64,000 nt of DNA from contig JAQGGT010000006.1 in the NCBI GenBank assembly GCA_028289245.1, positions 144,948-208,947 on the forward strand, given 5' to 3'. Made by a program: the position numbers and the translations under genes. The stretch comes from Candidatus Saccharimonadota bacterium. Lineage in GTDB: Bacteria > Patescibacteriota > Saccharimonadia > Saccharimonadales > UBA4665. This document shows, one piece after another, positions 44,574 through 55,147 of the stretch. Within the stretch, counting starts at the first letter, position 1. Each line of letters opens with the position of its first letter. The notes under the pieces were generated by a model, which was given only the letters and a program-made list of their open reading frames with translations, did not search any database and was not told where the DNA came from.

Positions 44574-46451
44574 ATGGATAAGAAACCGCCTCGCTCCAAC
44601 CGCCCAAACCGCAAGCCGGCTAATGCTAACCGTCGTAACATGAAGAATGCCGGCTTTTTTGCCATTCTGGTATTACTTGGCTTGATTATTTTTGCCGCCA
44701 CCAGCCAGCCCACAACGCTCAAAGAAATTTCTCGCTCGGCCGCTGTTGCCCAAGCCAACCACGGTGAATACAGCAAAATTAAGGTCAAAGGCAACGAGCT
44801 CGAAATCACCAAAAAAGACCAAAAGGACCCGACCCTCAAAGCCTACGTCGAGCCAAACGTTAGCATCAAAGACCAAGGCTTTGACGCCTCTAAGTTTGAC
44901 CTAGAAGTCGCCCCGGTCACCGATGGATCATCGACTTGGCTCGGCGTTGCTCAGACCGTCATCCCAATTGTCGTTATTGGTGCTTTCTTGTACTTTATGT
45001 TGCGCAGCGCTCAAGGGCAGGGCAACCAAGCCCTTAGTTTCGGCAAAAGCCGAGCTCGCCTCTATGGCAACGAAAAGGATAAGGTCTTATTTAAGAGCAT
45101 CGCCGGTAGCCAAGAAGCGAAGCAAGACCTCGAAGAAGTCGTCGAATTCCTCAAATTCCCTAAGAAATTTGCCGGCATGGGAGCACGAATTCCAAAGGGT
45201 GTCCTGTTAGTTGGTCCTCCTGGCACTGGTAAAACCATGCTGGCCCGGGCCGTTGCTGGCGAAGCCAACGTGCCGTTCTTTAGTATTTCCGGTTCGGAAT
45301 TCGTAGAAATGTTTGTTGGTGTCGGTGCTTCACGTGTTCGCGACCTGTTTGCCAAGGCCAAAAAGAACGCTCCGTGCATTATCTTTGTCGACGAAATCGA
45401 CGCCGTCGGCCGCAAACGCGGTTCCGGTATGGGTGGCGGCCACGATGAGCGGGAGCAGACCCTCAACCAGATTCTTGTCGAGATGGATGGCTTTGACCAA
45501 GGTCAGAATGTCATCGTCCTAGCCGCGACCAACCGGGCTGATGTCCTCGATGCCGCGCTGCTGCGCCCCGGCCGTTTTGACCGACGTGTCAACATCGGCC
45601 TCCCCGATCGCCAAGATCGCCAAGCCATCCTCAAAGTTCACTTCGAAAAGAAACCATTAGCTAAGAACGTCGACCTCGATGCGCTGGCTGCGAAAGCGGC
45701 TGGTTCTTCCGGTGCCGATCTTGCCAACATCGCCAATGAAGCGGCAATTATTGCCGCCCGCAATGCTCACACCGAAATCACTCAACAAGATGTTACTGAG
45801 GCCTTTGAGCGCGTTGCCATCGGCCCCGAACGTAAGAGTAAAGTCATGACCGAAGGTGATAAAGTCGTCACTGCCTACCACGAAGCCGGTCACGCCCTGG
45901 TTGGCCATGTCTTGCCTGATAGTGACCCGGTCCACAAAGTCACCATCATCCCTCGTGGTGGTACCGGTGGCGTTACCTGGTTCATCCCGCCAGAAGACCG
46001 CGTCTATGTATCGCTCATTCAGTATAAAGACGTCTTAGCTCGCGGCCTCGGTGGCCGTATTGCCGAAGAAGTTATCCTCGGTTCAGATCGCATTACTACC
46101 GGTGCTGGCAGCGACCTTCAGAATGCCGCCGAGTTAGCCCGTGACATGATCATCAACCAGGGTATGGGTACCAAACTGCGCGACCAAGTCTTCCGAGTCG
46201 ATGACGGCATGATGCTCGACCGCCTGGTCCACGACAAAGATTACTCCGAAGATACTGCTAAAATTATCGACCAAGAAGTCGAGGCGCTTATCACCGAAGC
46301 TGCCAAGCGGGCTCGAGCCGTCATCACCCATAACCGTGACAAGCTCGAAGCCCTCAAAGATCGTTTGCTCGAAAAAGAGACCGTTGACGCCGATGAAGTC
46401 CTCGAAGTCTTATCTGGTGCCAAGCTGCCCCGCGACGCGGCACTCTACTAA
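44574..46451 (+). CDS. ftsH: ATP-dependent zinc metalloprotease FtsH
   Basis: [37 protein letters not shown] and the HEAGH zinc site are present, with an N-terminal TM pair. Confidence 0.95.
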   Translation: MDKKPPRSNRPNRKPANANRRNMKNAGFFAILVLLGLIIFAATSQPTTLKEISRSAAVAQANHGEYSKIKVKGNELEITKKDQKDPTLKAYVEPNVSIKDQGFDASKFDLEVAPVTDGSSTWLGVAQTVIPIVVIGAFLYFMLRSAQGQGNQALSFGKSRARLYGNEKDKVLFKSIAGSQEAKQDLEEVVEFLKFPKKFAGMGARIPKGVLLVGPPGTGKTMLARAVAGEANVPFFSISGSEFVEMFVGVGASRVRDLFAKAKKNAPCIIFVDEIDAVGRKRGSGMGGGHDEREQTLNQILVEMDGFDQGQNVIVLAATNRADVLDAALLRPGRFDRRVNIGLPDRQDRQAILKVHFEKKPLAKNVDLDALAAKAAGSSGADLANIANEAAIIAARNAHTEITQQDVTEAFERVAIGPERKSKVMTEGDKVVTAYHEAGHALVGHVLPDSDPVHKVTIIPRGGTGGVTWFIPPEDRVYVSLIQYKDVLARGLGGRIAEEVILGSDRITTGAGSDLQNAAELARDMIINQGMGTKLRDQVFRVDDGMMLDRLVHDKDYSEDTAKIIDQEVEALITEAAKRARAVITHNRDKLEALKDRLLEKETVDADEVLEVLSGAKLPRDAALY

Positions 46452-46543
46452 GTCGATTGGCTTACAACATTTCCCGCCTCTAGCTCTGTTATCTGCCGCT
46501 CCGCTGATCTATACTAGGATGAGCAAACAGATATGAAACGCGC

Positions 46544-48142
46544 ATGAATCCCACCGCACCGGTCCAAGATAAACGCCGACGAATCAACGTCGGTAATGCA
46601 GCCTTGCTACTGATAGCTACCTCACTAGCTGGCCAAGTGCTCGGCTTCTTGCGTACCAAGCTAGTAAACGCCAACTTCCCGGCCACCGGTCCACACAGCA
46701 CCGACGCCTATTTTGCTGCGTTTAGCATTCCCGACTTTTTCTTCTTTACGCTGGCCGCCGGTGCGCTCGGTGTGGCTTTTATGCCGGTATTGGCCGACCA
46801 CCTCCACAAGAATGATCGCAAGGGCGTCTGGGAGTTATCGGCTTCGCTGCTAAACTTCCTGGCCATACTGATGCTTGGCGTCGGCGTATTCATGTTCGTC
46901 TTTGCCCGACCGCTGATTGAGCATGTGGTGGCGCCTAGCCTCGATCCGCAGCAGCTCGATAATGCCGTGCTCATTATGCGTTTTATCGCCTTTAACCCGC
47001 TGCTATTTACAATTTCAGGTATTCTGACAAGCGTTCAGCAGACTATGGGTCGCTTTTTCTTCTACGCAATTGCGCCGCTGTTTTATAACGCCTCGATTAT
47101 TGCTAGCATTTTTATCTTCCGTGATAACGTTGGTTTAGTCGGTCTAGGTGTCGGTGCGGCTATCGGTGCCTTATTACAATTGTTGATTGTGTTTATGGGC
47201 ACCTCCAAACTCAATTTCCACTACCGGCCGAAGATCAATTGGAGCAGCGCCGATTTTAGGTCGATTCTCAAAAACTTGCCCCCGCGCTCGCTCGACCAAG
47301 GTATCGACCAAGTCGGCAACATCGTCGAAACTCACATTGCTAGCTCGATCGGCCGCGGCGCCATCACTTACTACAGTAACGCCTTTACCCTCAGCACCGC
47401 CCCAATTCTGTTGATCGGCACGGCTATCTCTACTGCCGCTTTCCCGCGGCTTAACCAGCGCCTCAGCCAGGGTCGCCCTGATCTGTTTAGGAAAGACTTT
47501 TTAGAAATTCTGCGCGTCATGATCTGGATTAGTGCGCCGCTAGTAGCGAGCTGTTACTTTGCCCGCGGCTACCTGGCTCGTTTGATCTTCTCACGCGACA
47601 ATAATCAGATTGCCGAAATTTTTGGCTTATTAATTGTGGCCATCTTTTTCAGGATTATTTACGCGATTGTATCGCGGTGGTTTTACGCCCAGAAAGACAC
47701 CAAAACACCCTTATTTGTCTCGTTCTTCACGATCGGGCTGAACGTTTATTTAGCCTACTCGCTGTCTCGTCCGACGGCCTACGGGCTCGAAGGATTAGCG
47801 ATAGCCCAGTCGATTGTAGCCGCCGTCGAAGTCTGTATTTTGCTAGCTATCATGCTACTGCGCGACCATAAACTTTTCGATGCTTACTTCCTGAGCGGGC
47901 TTGTCCGTATTATCTCGGTTACTGGCTTTAGCGTCCTGTCAGGTGCGCTGGCAGTATCCATTTTCCCACTTACTTCCGGTGATCGTGGCTTCTTTACGCT
48001 GGGATCAAAACTTGCCTTTATCGCTATCGCCGTGTTCGGCGTCCACATTGCTCTGTCGGCTTTATTTGGGCTCGAAGAAGTTCGGCCATTTCTAAAGCGG
48101 GTCCGCAAGCTGCTGTTTAAACCGCTAAAAATTCGTGTCTAA
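46544..48142 (+). CDS. murJ: lipid II flippase MurJ (MviN family)
   Basis: 532 aa with about 14 TM helices. The N-terminus ...ATSLAGQVLGFLRTKLVNANF...DAYFAAFSIPDF is typical of MurJ. Confidence 0.9.
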   Translation: MNPTAPVQDKRRRINVGNAALLLIATSLAGQVLGFLRTKLVNANFPATGPHSTDAYFAAFSIPDFFFFTLAAGALGVAFMPVLADHLHKNDRKGVWELSASLLNFLAILMLGVGVFMFVFARPLIEHVVAPSLDPQQLDNAVLIMRFIAFNPLLFTISGILTSVQQTMGRFFFYAIAPLFYNASIIASIFIFRDNVGLVGLGVGAAIGALLQLLIVFMGTSKLNFHYRPKINWSSADFRSILKNLPPRSLDQGIDQVGNIVETHIASSIGRGAITYYSNAFTLSTAPILLIGTAISTAAFPRLNQRLSQGRPDLFRKDFLEILRVMIWISAPLVASCYFARGYLARLIFSRDNNQIAEIFGLLIVAIFFRIIYAIVSRWFYAQKDTKTPLFVSFFTIGLNVYLAYSLSRPTAYGLEGLAIAQSIVAAVEVCILLAIMLLRDHKLFDAYFLSGLVRIISVTGFSVLSGALAVSIFPLTSGDRGFFTLGSKLAFIAIAVFGVHIALSALFGLEEVRPFLKRVRKLLFKPLKIRV

Positions 48143-48242
48143 AACCTCTTTTTTACAACAGCTTCTAGCGTAAAGATTAAATAATTATTAACTTCTAGCA
48201 AGTAAACCTGGTGTTTATACCGAGACGTCGTATACTGACGCT

Positions 48243-48998
48243 ATGCCAGTAACCGCCAGCGACCAATATGCCCTGAGTGACCGCAATATTATTGTTGGCG
48301 AAGCTCCTCGTACCCAATACGTGCTCCGCGTCAAAGATCTTCCGGATGACGAGCGCCCTCGTGAACGCCTAAATGATCTCGGTCCGCAACACCTCACCGT
48401 CGCTGAGCTATTAGCCATCATTTGGGGAACTGGTAGCCGCAAGGAAGAAGTTTTATCGATGGCGCACCGTACTCTCAAAGAATATGGCGAAAAGACTATT
48501 AGTACCGAGACGGACCCCAAGCGCCTCGCTGAAGTGGCCGATATCCCCCTCACCAAAGCCGGGCAGTTAGTTGCCAGCTTTGAGCTTGGCCGCCGTTACT
48601 ACGCGGCCACGGCCGGCCGGCCGGTGCAAGTTCGTAACGCCCGCCAAGCTTATAGCTACCTCCGCGACATGGGTCGGGGCCAAAAGGAGCAGTTACGCGG
48701 GCTCTATTTAAACAGTCGGTACCAGGTCGTCTACGACGAAGTGATTTCCATCGGTAGCCTTACGAGTAACATTGTGCATCCCCGAGAAGTGTTCCAACCG
48801 GCCATTGAGCGCGGGGCTGTGGCCGTGATCATTGCCCACAATCATCCTTCCGGCCGCACTGACCCTACGAGCGCCGATATTGAGGTCACCCAACAGCTCA
48901 TTGCCGCGGGAGAGGTACTAGGTATTGAGCTGCTCGACCATCTTGTCATTACTACTAATAAATTTGTAAGTGTTATGGAGTGCATAAATCATGACTAA
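48243..48998 (+). CDS. radC: RadC family JAB-domain protein
   Basis: RPRERL...G...L...ELLAI..GTG at the N-terminus and the HNHPSG JAMM motif. Confidence 0.9.
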   Translation: MPVTASDQYALSDRNIIVGEAPRTQYVLRVKDLPDDERPRERLNDLGPQHLTVAELLAIIWGTGSRKEEVLSMAHRTLKEYGEKTISTETDPKRLAEVADIPLTKAGQLVASFELGRRYYAATAGRPVQVRNARQAYSYLRDMGRGQKEQLRGLYLNSRYQVVYDEVISIGSLTSNIVHPREVFQPAIERGAVAVIIAHNHPSGRTDPTSADIEVTQQLIAAGEVLGIELLDHLVITTNKFVSVMECINHD

Positions 48999-49251
48999 TA
49001 AGCCGTACAACTTGAGCGATGCGATCCGTTTGCTGCGCGATAGTGAGGTACCCGAGCGTAATATGACCATCGATGCCTTAGTGGCCTCCGGCGATTGCTT
49101 TATTACCATCGCCACTGCGCTCGACCAGTACGCTCACCTCCACGCCTCGGGCCAAACGGTGCCGGCTGAGCTGGAGGATGCGATTACTACGCTACTCTAC
49201 TTGCAGCGTAACTACCGCGCCGTCCGGAAGCCATCCGACTACCGCCAGTAG
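48991..49251 (+). CDS. hypothetical small protein (86 aa)
   Basis: An ATGA-type overlap of 8 nt with the radC stop suggests coupling. No motif was recognised. Confidence 0.4.
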   Translation: MTNKPYNLSDAIRLLRDSEVPERNMTIDALVASGDCFITIATALDQYAHLHASGQTVPAELEDAITTLLYLQRNYRAVRKPSDYRQ

Positions 49252-49297
49252 CCGACCTCTGTTAATTTCCGGCTGGTTAGGGTATAATAGCAAGTCA

Positions 49298-51091
49298 ATG
49301 GACCAGTCTAAAATCAGGAATTTTTGTATTATTGCCCACATCGACCATGGCAAGTCGACGTTGGCCGACCGGCTGTTGGAGATCACGGGTACCGTCCAAA
49401 AGCGCGATATGAAGGCTCAACTGCTCGACCGGATGGACTTAGAGCGCGAAAAAGGCATCACCATCAAACTGGCTCCGGTACGCATGGAGTATCAGGGTTA
49501 CGAGCTCAACCTAATCGACACGCCGGGCCATGTCGACTTTAGCTACGAAGTTTCGCGCAGTTTGCAGGCCTGCGAGGGTGCGCTGTTAGTGGTTGACGCT
49601 AGCCAGGGCATCCAAGCGCAGACCCTGGCTAATGTCTACCTGGCGATGGCCGCCGATTTAACGATAATCCCCATTCTCAATAAGATCGATTTGCCGGCGG
49701 CTGACGTGGAGCGCGTTGGTGCCGAAATTGTCAGCTTGCTGGGCTGTAAGTTCGAGGACATTTTACAGATCTCGGCCAAGACGGGCATGGGCATTGAGGC
49801 GGTGTTGGAGCGGGTGGTCACCGATATTCCGGCACCAGACACTTCGGAGCGGGCTTCGGTAGTCGAAAAAGAGACTCGGGCGTTAATTTTCGATAGCTAT
49901 TATGATGATTACCGCGGGGTTATCCTCTACGTCCGGGTCTTTAATGGCGAGATCAGCAAGGGGTCTCAGATTAAGATGCTCAATACCGGCGCGCCCGGCA
50001 TTGCGCTAGAAGTCGGGGCGCTCAAGCCGGACATGACACCGGGTACCAAGCTGCAGACTGGCGAGATTGGCTATATCGTCACCAACCTCAAGAGCACTCG
50101 CGAGGCTAAAGTAGGAGATACGGTGACCCTCGTGGCCCACCCGGCGGTGAACCCGCTGCCCGGCTACCGCAACGTCCAGCCCTTTGTCTACGCCGGCTTC
50201 TTCCCGGAGTCGAACGAGTTCTACAATGAGCTCAAAGAGGCCATCGAAAAGCTCAGCTTGAGCGACTCGGCCCTACAATTTGCGCCGGAAAACTCGCCGG
50301 TGCTCGGTTTCGGCGTCCGGATTGGCTTCCTGGGTTTGCTGCACATGGATATTATTCGTGAGCGCCTGGAGCGGGAATACAACCTCGATCTCGTCGTTAC
50401 TAACCCCTCTACCGATTACCAAGTTAGCCTTACGAGCGGTAGCGATGTTGATATTAAGTCGGCGGCTGATTTGCCGGATCCTGCCAAAATTGTGGAGATT
50501 CGCGAGCCGTGGATTAAGGGAGAGATTGTCGTGCCGCAAGAGTATGTCGGGCCGGTGATCCAGTTGATTTCGCAAAAACGCGGTTTGCAGACCAACCTGA
50601 GCTACATGGAACAACGAGCGTTGGTCAGCTTTGAGGCGCCGCTGGCCAACTTGCTAACCGATTTTTATGACCAACTCAAAAGCATCACCAGCGGCTACGG
50701 CTCGTTTAACTACGAGCTCGATAACTACCGCGCTGAAGACCTCGTAAAAGTGGATTTCTATGTCGCCGGCGAACGGGTGGATGCCTTATCGGTAATGGTG
50801 CACCGCAGCGAGTCAGATCGGCTGGGCCGTGATATTGTTGCCAAGCTCAAAGAAGTCATTCCGCGCCAGAACTTCCAGATCGCGCTGCAAGCTGCCATCG
50901 GCGGCCGCTTTATCGCCCGCGAAGATATTTCCGCTTATAGAAAAGACGTCACTACCGGGTTGTACGGTGGCGACGTCTCTCGTAAGAAAAAGGTGCTCGC
51001 TAAGCAGAAGAAGGGTAAGGAGCGGTTGAAGCGCTTCGGCAAAGTCGATATTCCTTCCGAAGCCTTCACCGTCCTCCTCAAGCGCGACTAG
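49298..51091 (+). CDS. lepA: translation elongation factor 4 (LepA)
   Basis: The start is set at MDQSKIRNFCIIAHIDHGKSTL. DTPGHVDF and NKIDL are present, along with the C-terminal LepA-specific tail. TATAAT (49283-49288) lies 9 nt upstream. Confidence 0.95.
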   Translation: MDQSKIRNFCIIAHIDHGKSTLADRLLEITGTVQKRDMKAQLLDRMDLEREKGITIKLAPVRMEYQGYELNLIDTPGHVDFSYEVSRSLQACEGALLVVDASQGIQAQTLANVYLAMAADLTIIPILNKIDLPAADVERVGAEIVSLLGCKFEDILQISAKTGMGIEAVLERVVTDIPAPDTSERASVVEKETRALIFDSYYDDYRGVILYVRVFNGEISKGSQIKMLNTGAPGIALEVGALKPDMTPGTKLQTGEIGYIVTNLKSTREAKVGDTVTLVAHPAVNPLPGYRNVQPFVYAGFFPESNEFYNELKEAIEKLSLSDSALQFAPENSPVLGFGVRIGFLGLLHMDIIRERLEREYNLDLVVTNPSTDYQVSLTSGSDVDIKSAADLPDPAKIVEIREPWIKGEIVVPQEYVGPVIQLISQKRGLQTNLSYMEQRALVSFEAPLANLLTDFYDQLKSITSGYGSFNYELDNYRAEDLVKVDFYVAGERVDALSVMVHRSESDRLGRDIVAKLKEVIPRQNFQIALQAAIGGRFIAREDISAYRKDVTTGLYGGDVSRKKKVLAKQKKGKERLKRFGKVDIPSEAFTVLLKRD

Positions 51092-51131
51092 TCAGTAATA
51101 AGCAAAACCGGTATAGTATACGTAGAACAAC

Positions 51132-51749
51132 ATGAAAAATAAACAGTACGAACTCGAGAAAATCGGTCAAACCGTTCTGCCATCGTGGCTGGAACTAGTG
51201 TTGATTGGCCTCATCACCGTGGCGGCGGGCTTATACGCCTTTATCTCAAAGCTGGTCGATAGTAATAACGATGTACAAGGTGGTGTCAGTTTACTGGGCA
51301 GCACGACGACGTCGACGGTGCAGAGTATCACCGACAAATTAGCCCAGAACAATTTTATTAGTAACTTACCGCTGATTTTATTCTGGGCGGCGATTGGTTT
51401 TGTAGTCTATAGCTCGGCGGTGCGCATCTACACCACTTTCTCCAACGCCGAAGAACTGCGCGAAGAAATGGACTACGTTAATAGTAGCCGCCAGTCGCTT
51501 ATCAAGGACGCTGTGCTACGAGTAATTCTCCGCCTAACGGCGGTGGTCATCTGGGCCTTTTACGTCAAACTGTTTTTTGCGGTTATCGCACCCTATGCGC
51601 TAACGTGTTTACAAATTACCCTCAATACTTCGGATATTACCGAACGGCTCGCGTACGGCGTACTCGGCTTTGCCGTCATGATGGTCGGTTTGCATTTCCA
51701 CATCGTACTGGTGCGCCTGATTAGCTTACGCAGCCGCATGCTTGGCTAG
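51132..51749 (+). CDS. integral membrane protein, unknown function
   Basis: 205 aa with 4 hydrophobic segments. No motif was recognised. Confidence 0.55.
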   Translation: MKNKQYELEKIGQTVLPSWLELVLIGLITVAAGLYAFISKLVDSNNDVQGGVSLLGSTTTSTVQSITDKLAQNNFISNLPLILFWAAIGFVVYSSAVRIYTTFSNAEELREEMDYVNSSRQSLIKDAVLRVILRLTAVVIWAFYVKLFFAVIAPYALTCLQITLNTSDITERLAYGVLGFAVMMVGLHFHIVLVRLISLRSRMLG

Positions 51750-52234
51750 GCGGTTTTTGGGCTGCTTTTAGCCTGCAGTTTTTGGAGCATACTTATCACT
51801 TCTTCAGTATGAACTTTAGGGTCAACATTGGTAAACTCGTGAGCAATATGGCCGGCAGGATCGATCAAAAAGGTGTTGCGGCGAGTGCCAAACGGCCGGT
51901 CAAAAATGGTCGTTTCCCCCTTGCGCCAGGCACCGTATAGCGAGGTAATTTTGTGGCCAACATCGCTCAGTATCGGGAAGGGCAGATCGTAACGCTTGGT
52001 AAATTTGCGGTGGCTTTCGATGCTGCCGCGATTGACGCCGATAATTTCGGCATTACCAAACTGGGCGATTGCTCGGTATTCGTCGCGGAAGCTGCAACTC
52101 TCGCGAATGCAGTTTACCGACCGGTCGTAGGGGTAGAAAAACAGCACCACCCAACGGCCTCGATAATCTTTGAGGCTACGTGGCTTTCCATCTTGATCGG
52201 GCAACTCGAAATCTGGTGCAGACCGGCGTTTCAT
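51746..52234 (-). CDS. bcp: peroxiredoxin (Bcp-type thiol peroxidase)
   Basis: FELPDQDGKPRSLKDYRGRWVVLFFYPYDRSVNCIRESCSF. The peroxidatic and resolving Cys are 5 residues apart, as in Bcp. Confidence 0.8.
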   Translation of the reverse strand: MKRRSAPDFELPDQDGKPRSLKDYRGRWVVLFFYPYDRSVNCIRESCSFRDEYRAIAQFGNAEIIGVNRGSIESHRKFTKRYDLPFPILSDVGHKITSLYGAWRKGETTIFDRPFGTRRNTFLIDPAGHIAHEFTNVDPKVHTEEVISMLQKLQAKSSPKTA

Positions 52235-52322
52235 GCAGGCAGCATAGCACGTTGACCTGTGAGAAAACTAACCGTGCTGACCAGCGAAGCGGCTCATACT
52301 AGCAATACGTAAAAGAGGAGAA

Positions 52323-53489
52323 TTGATTTTGAAACAGCCAATGAACCTTAGCAAACAAGCCATTACTGAACTCACCGGCCGTGACCCCCAGGGCATGGCC
52401 GTTACTATATATATCCCGACCCATTTCGAGTCAACGCCGGCGGCAATGACCGAAAACCAGATCCGCTCTAAGAACCTTATCGGCGCCGCCCTAGACATGC
52501 TGCAAGACATGGGAGAGGGCCAGGGCGCGCAGCAGTTACTCCGTCAGCAAATGGATGGCATGGCCGACCTGAGCTTTTGGAAATCGAGTGCTCGCGGCCT
52601 GCTCATTTGTGCCGACAACGCCAACTTAGAGGTCTTTCATTTACCCGTCGATACCGAAGAGTACGTTGCCGTTACCGATAGTTACCACCTAGCACCGATC
52701 TTTGGCATACTCCAGGATGCGCAAGAATATTACGTATTGTCGCTGGCTCAACACAATCCCATGCTCTGGAAGGGTAGTATGTACGGTATTGCCCCGGCCA
52801 AAATTAGCTTGCCAGCGTCCATCGAGGCCGGCCTCAATCTCGACGAAACTAATCAGAAAAGTGAGCAGCAACGTTCGGCTGGCGGCACCAATAACTTTAA
52901 CGGTCGTGGCGGAGCAAAGAGTCCGGTCGAAGACGATCGGGTTCAGTTCTGGCGCATGATCGATCACTTACTCTGCCAAAAGGCCGACACCTTGCTGCCG
53001 CTCATTTTAGCCGGCACCGAGAAGGACTTGTCGGAATTTCGAGCCCACAGTAAGTACCCCAAGATCCTAAAGTCGATGGCGCATGGTAACTTCACGAGCA
53101 GCACCAGCCAGGAATTATTTACGCATGCCACCCAGATTATTACTAGTGAGCTCACCGACGCTATGCACGACCGCGCCGCGTTGGCTTATGAGTCGCTAGA
53201 AGGTGCCCAACCACAACTGGCCGCCCGCTACATCGAAGATATCCAAACTGCCGCCGAAACCGGTCGCGTCGACAGCCTTCTGATCCGAATGACCCGTCGC
53301 ACGGCCGATACGGTCCGCGACAGCGCCGAACAAGTTACCATGCTCAGCTTCGAAGCTAGCCAAAAGCTCAATCAAGCCCTGCAACGCGCCGCCCTGGCAG
53401 TTTGGAAAACGGGTGGCCAGATCATCAATATCGATGAGGCCCGTATGCCCCGCCATGACACACTGGCCGTGGCTACGTTACGCTATTGA
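52323..53489 (+). CDS. baeRF3-like protein (bacterial archaeo-eukaryotic release factor family), tentative
   Basis: The N-terminal pattern VTIYIPTH......ENQIRSKNLIGAALDML matches my recollection of the family signature (VSIYxPTH....Q..IRxKNLL). The start is uncertain (TTG 52323/52329 or ATG 52341). An AGGAG ends at 52320. Confidence 0.55.
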   Translation: MILKQPMNLSKQAITELTGRDPQGMAVTIYIPTHFESTPAAMTENQIRSKNLIGAALDMLQDMGEGQGAQQLLRQQMDGMADLSFWKSSARGLLICADNANLEVFHLPVDTEEYVAVTDSYHLAPIFGILQDAQEYYVLSLAQHNPMLWKGSMYGIAPAKISLPASIEAGLNLDETNQKSEQQRSAGGTNNFNGRGGAKSPVEDDRVQFWRMIDHLLCQKADTLLPLILAGTEKDLSEFRAHSKYPKILKSMAHGNFTSSTSQELFTHATQIITSELTDAMHDRAALAYESLEGAQPQLAARYIEDIQTAAETGRVDSLLIRMTRRTADTVRDSAEQVTMLSFEASQKLNQALQRAALAVWKTGGQIINIDEARMPRHDTLAVATLRY

Positions 53490-53521
53490 TGTGACCTCTG
53501 TAACGTCTGCTATACTGGGAT

Positions 53522-54265
53522 ATGACTTCGACTAATCACCTTGACCACATTGATGCCTTCGATACTGCTCTTCAAAACTACCAGCTCGCACCAAGCGCGC
53601 TGCACACACTGTCGCAGACCGAATTAGTCATACTTGTTGCGCCGACTTCCTGCGGTCGGAGCACCCTGATTCGACATTTGCTGCGTACTGGTGACTACTA
53701 CTTCATTATCTCCGACACTACGCGCCAACCACGCAGTAATGACGGCGTGATGGAGCAAGACGGCGTCGAATATTGGTTCCGAAACGAATCTGACATGCTG
53801 GCCGACATCCAGGCCGGTAAGTTTCTTGAGGCGGCGGTTATTCACAAGCAGCAAGTTTCTGGCATCAGCATGCGCGAGTTAGCTAAAGCTACCGAGGCCG
53901 GCAAAATTGCCCTGACCGATGCAGAGATTGCCGGTGCCGATAATGTCCACCGCCTCAAACCCGACACCATACTGCTGTTTGTATTGCCACCCAGTTTCGA
54001 GGAATGGCAACGCCGCATCAACCATCGCGGCGTCATGGAAGCCGGCGAGTATAAGCGCCGTATGGAGAGCGCTGCTGCCGAGTTTGCCCACGCCCTGCAG
54101 CGCGACTACTACCGCTTCGTTATTAACGACACCGTTGAGAATGCCGCCGAGCAGGTCACGCGTATCACCAAGCTCGACGAAACGAACGCCGACTATCAGG
54201 AAAATGCTCGTGGCCTTGCCGAGCAACTCCTCGACAGTACCCGCTTGCTTCTCGAATCGCTTTAG
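53522..54265 (+). CDS. guanylate kinase-like protein with a degenerate P-loop
   Basis: SDTTRQPRSNDGVMEQDGVEYWF matches the Gmk GMP-binding motif TTRxPRxxExxGxxYxF. Walker A reads APTSCGRST (Lys to Arg, first Gly to Ala). Confidence 0.65.
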   Translation: MTSTNHLDHIDAFDTALQNYQLAPSALHTLSQTELVILVAPTSCGRSTLIRHLLRTGDYYFIISDTTRQPRSNDGVMEQDGVEYWFRNESDMLADIQAGKFLEAAVIHKQQVSGISMRELAKATEAGKIALTDAEIAGADNVHRLKPDTILLFVLPPSFEEWQRRINHRGVMEAGEYKRRMESAAAEFAHALQRDYYRFVINDTVENAAEQVTRITKLDETNADYQENARGLAEQLLDSTRLLLESL

Positions 54266-54292
54266 CTGGCACTCTTGACGGGAGAGTGCTAA
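54266..54292. promoter_or_regulatory. CIRCE-like operator upstream of hrcA
   Basis: CTGGCACTC-ttgacggga-GAGTGCTAA versus the consensus TTAGCACTC-N9-GAGTGCTAA. TTGAC lies in the spacer and TATAAT at 54299-54304. Confidence 0.7.
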
Positions 54293-54315
54293 AAGCGCTA
54301 TAATATGGCCTAATC

Positions 54316-55026
54316 ATGACCAACCGTCAGCAACAAATTTTAAGTGCCATCGTTGAGCAATACGCTGAAGTCGCCAGTCCGGTCGGCTCTAGCCTGCTAG
54401 CTAAGCTGTTTAACGTTTCGTCGGCCACGGTGCGGGCCGATATGGTCGAGCTGGAGCGGCAAGGCTTTATTTCTCAGCCTCACACCAGCGCCGGCCGTGT
54501 ACCAACCGATAAAGGCTACCGCTACTACGTCAACAACATGCAGGCTATTGAGGCTACCGTGCCGGCGCGCCGAGCCGAAAAGGCCCTAGCTTCCCGCGTC
54601 CAGCAAGCCGGCGCCCCAGAGCGGATGATCCGCAACGCCGTCGAAACACTGGTTGAGCTGACGCACAACCTTGGCATGGCTACCATCGGCAACCAGCTAT
54701 ACATGAGCGGCCTGAGCAATCTATTTGGACAGCCGGAATTTATTAACGGCGGCCAAGTACGCCAGGTGGCCCAGCTACTGGACAACTTAGAGCCCTGGCT
54801 CCGTGAGGCTGCACCAAATGAACCTCTCAGTGTCTACATTGGCCAAGAGAATCCTATCGGCCGCAGCGCCGGCTGTACGCTGGTGATCTGCCGGTTCCGC
54901 AGTCCGTTCTCGGACCGCAGCTACATCGGCACACTTGGCCCCACCCGCCAAAGCTACCGCGAAGTGATGTCACTAGTGTCGCGGGCCGGTGAAGAGCTCG
55001 AAGAAATGCTATACGCCGAACGCTAG
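54316..55026 (+). CDS. hrcA: heat-inducible transcription repressor HrcA (short, 236 aa)
   Basis: LTNRQQQILSAIVEQYAEVASPVGSSLLAKLFNVSSATVRADMVELERQGFISQPHTSAGRVPTDKGYRYYV. Confidence 0.85.
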   Translation: MTNRQQQILSAIVEQYAEVASPVGSSLLAKLFNVSSATVRADMVELERQGFISQPHTSAGRVPTDKGYRYYVNNMQAIEATVPARRAEKALASRVQQAGAPERMIRNAVETLVELTHNLGMATIGNQLYMSGLSNLFGQPEFINGGQVRQVAQLLDNLEPWLREAAPNEPLSVYIGQENPIGRSAGCTLVICRFRSPFSDRSYIGTLGPTRQSYREVMSLVSRAGEELEEMLYAER

Positions 55027-55147
55027 ACCAAAACAGAGTAGTAGCGGCATTCCTTAAAATTCGCTGAAATTAAATTGACATAAGCATTTCACTGCTGTAC
55101 AACTTGAGGTAGTTATTCAAAACAAAAATAAAACAGGACTCCTGACC

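Noticed and set aside
49178-49297. N-terminal extension of lepA in the ORF track
   Set aside because: The extension overlaps the preceding ORF and the TATAAT box. The conserved LepA N-terminus begins at MDQSKIRNF (ATG 49298).
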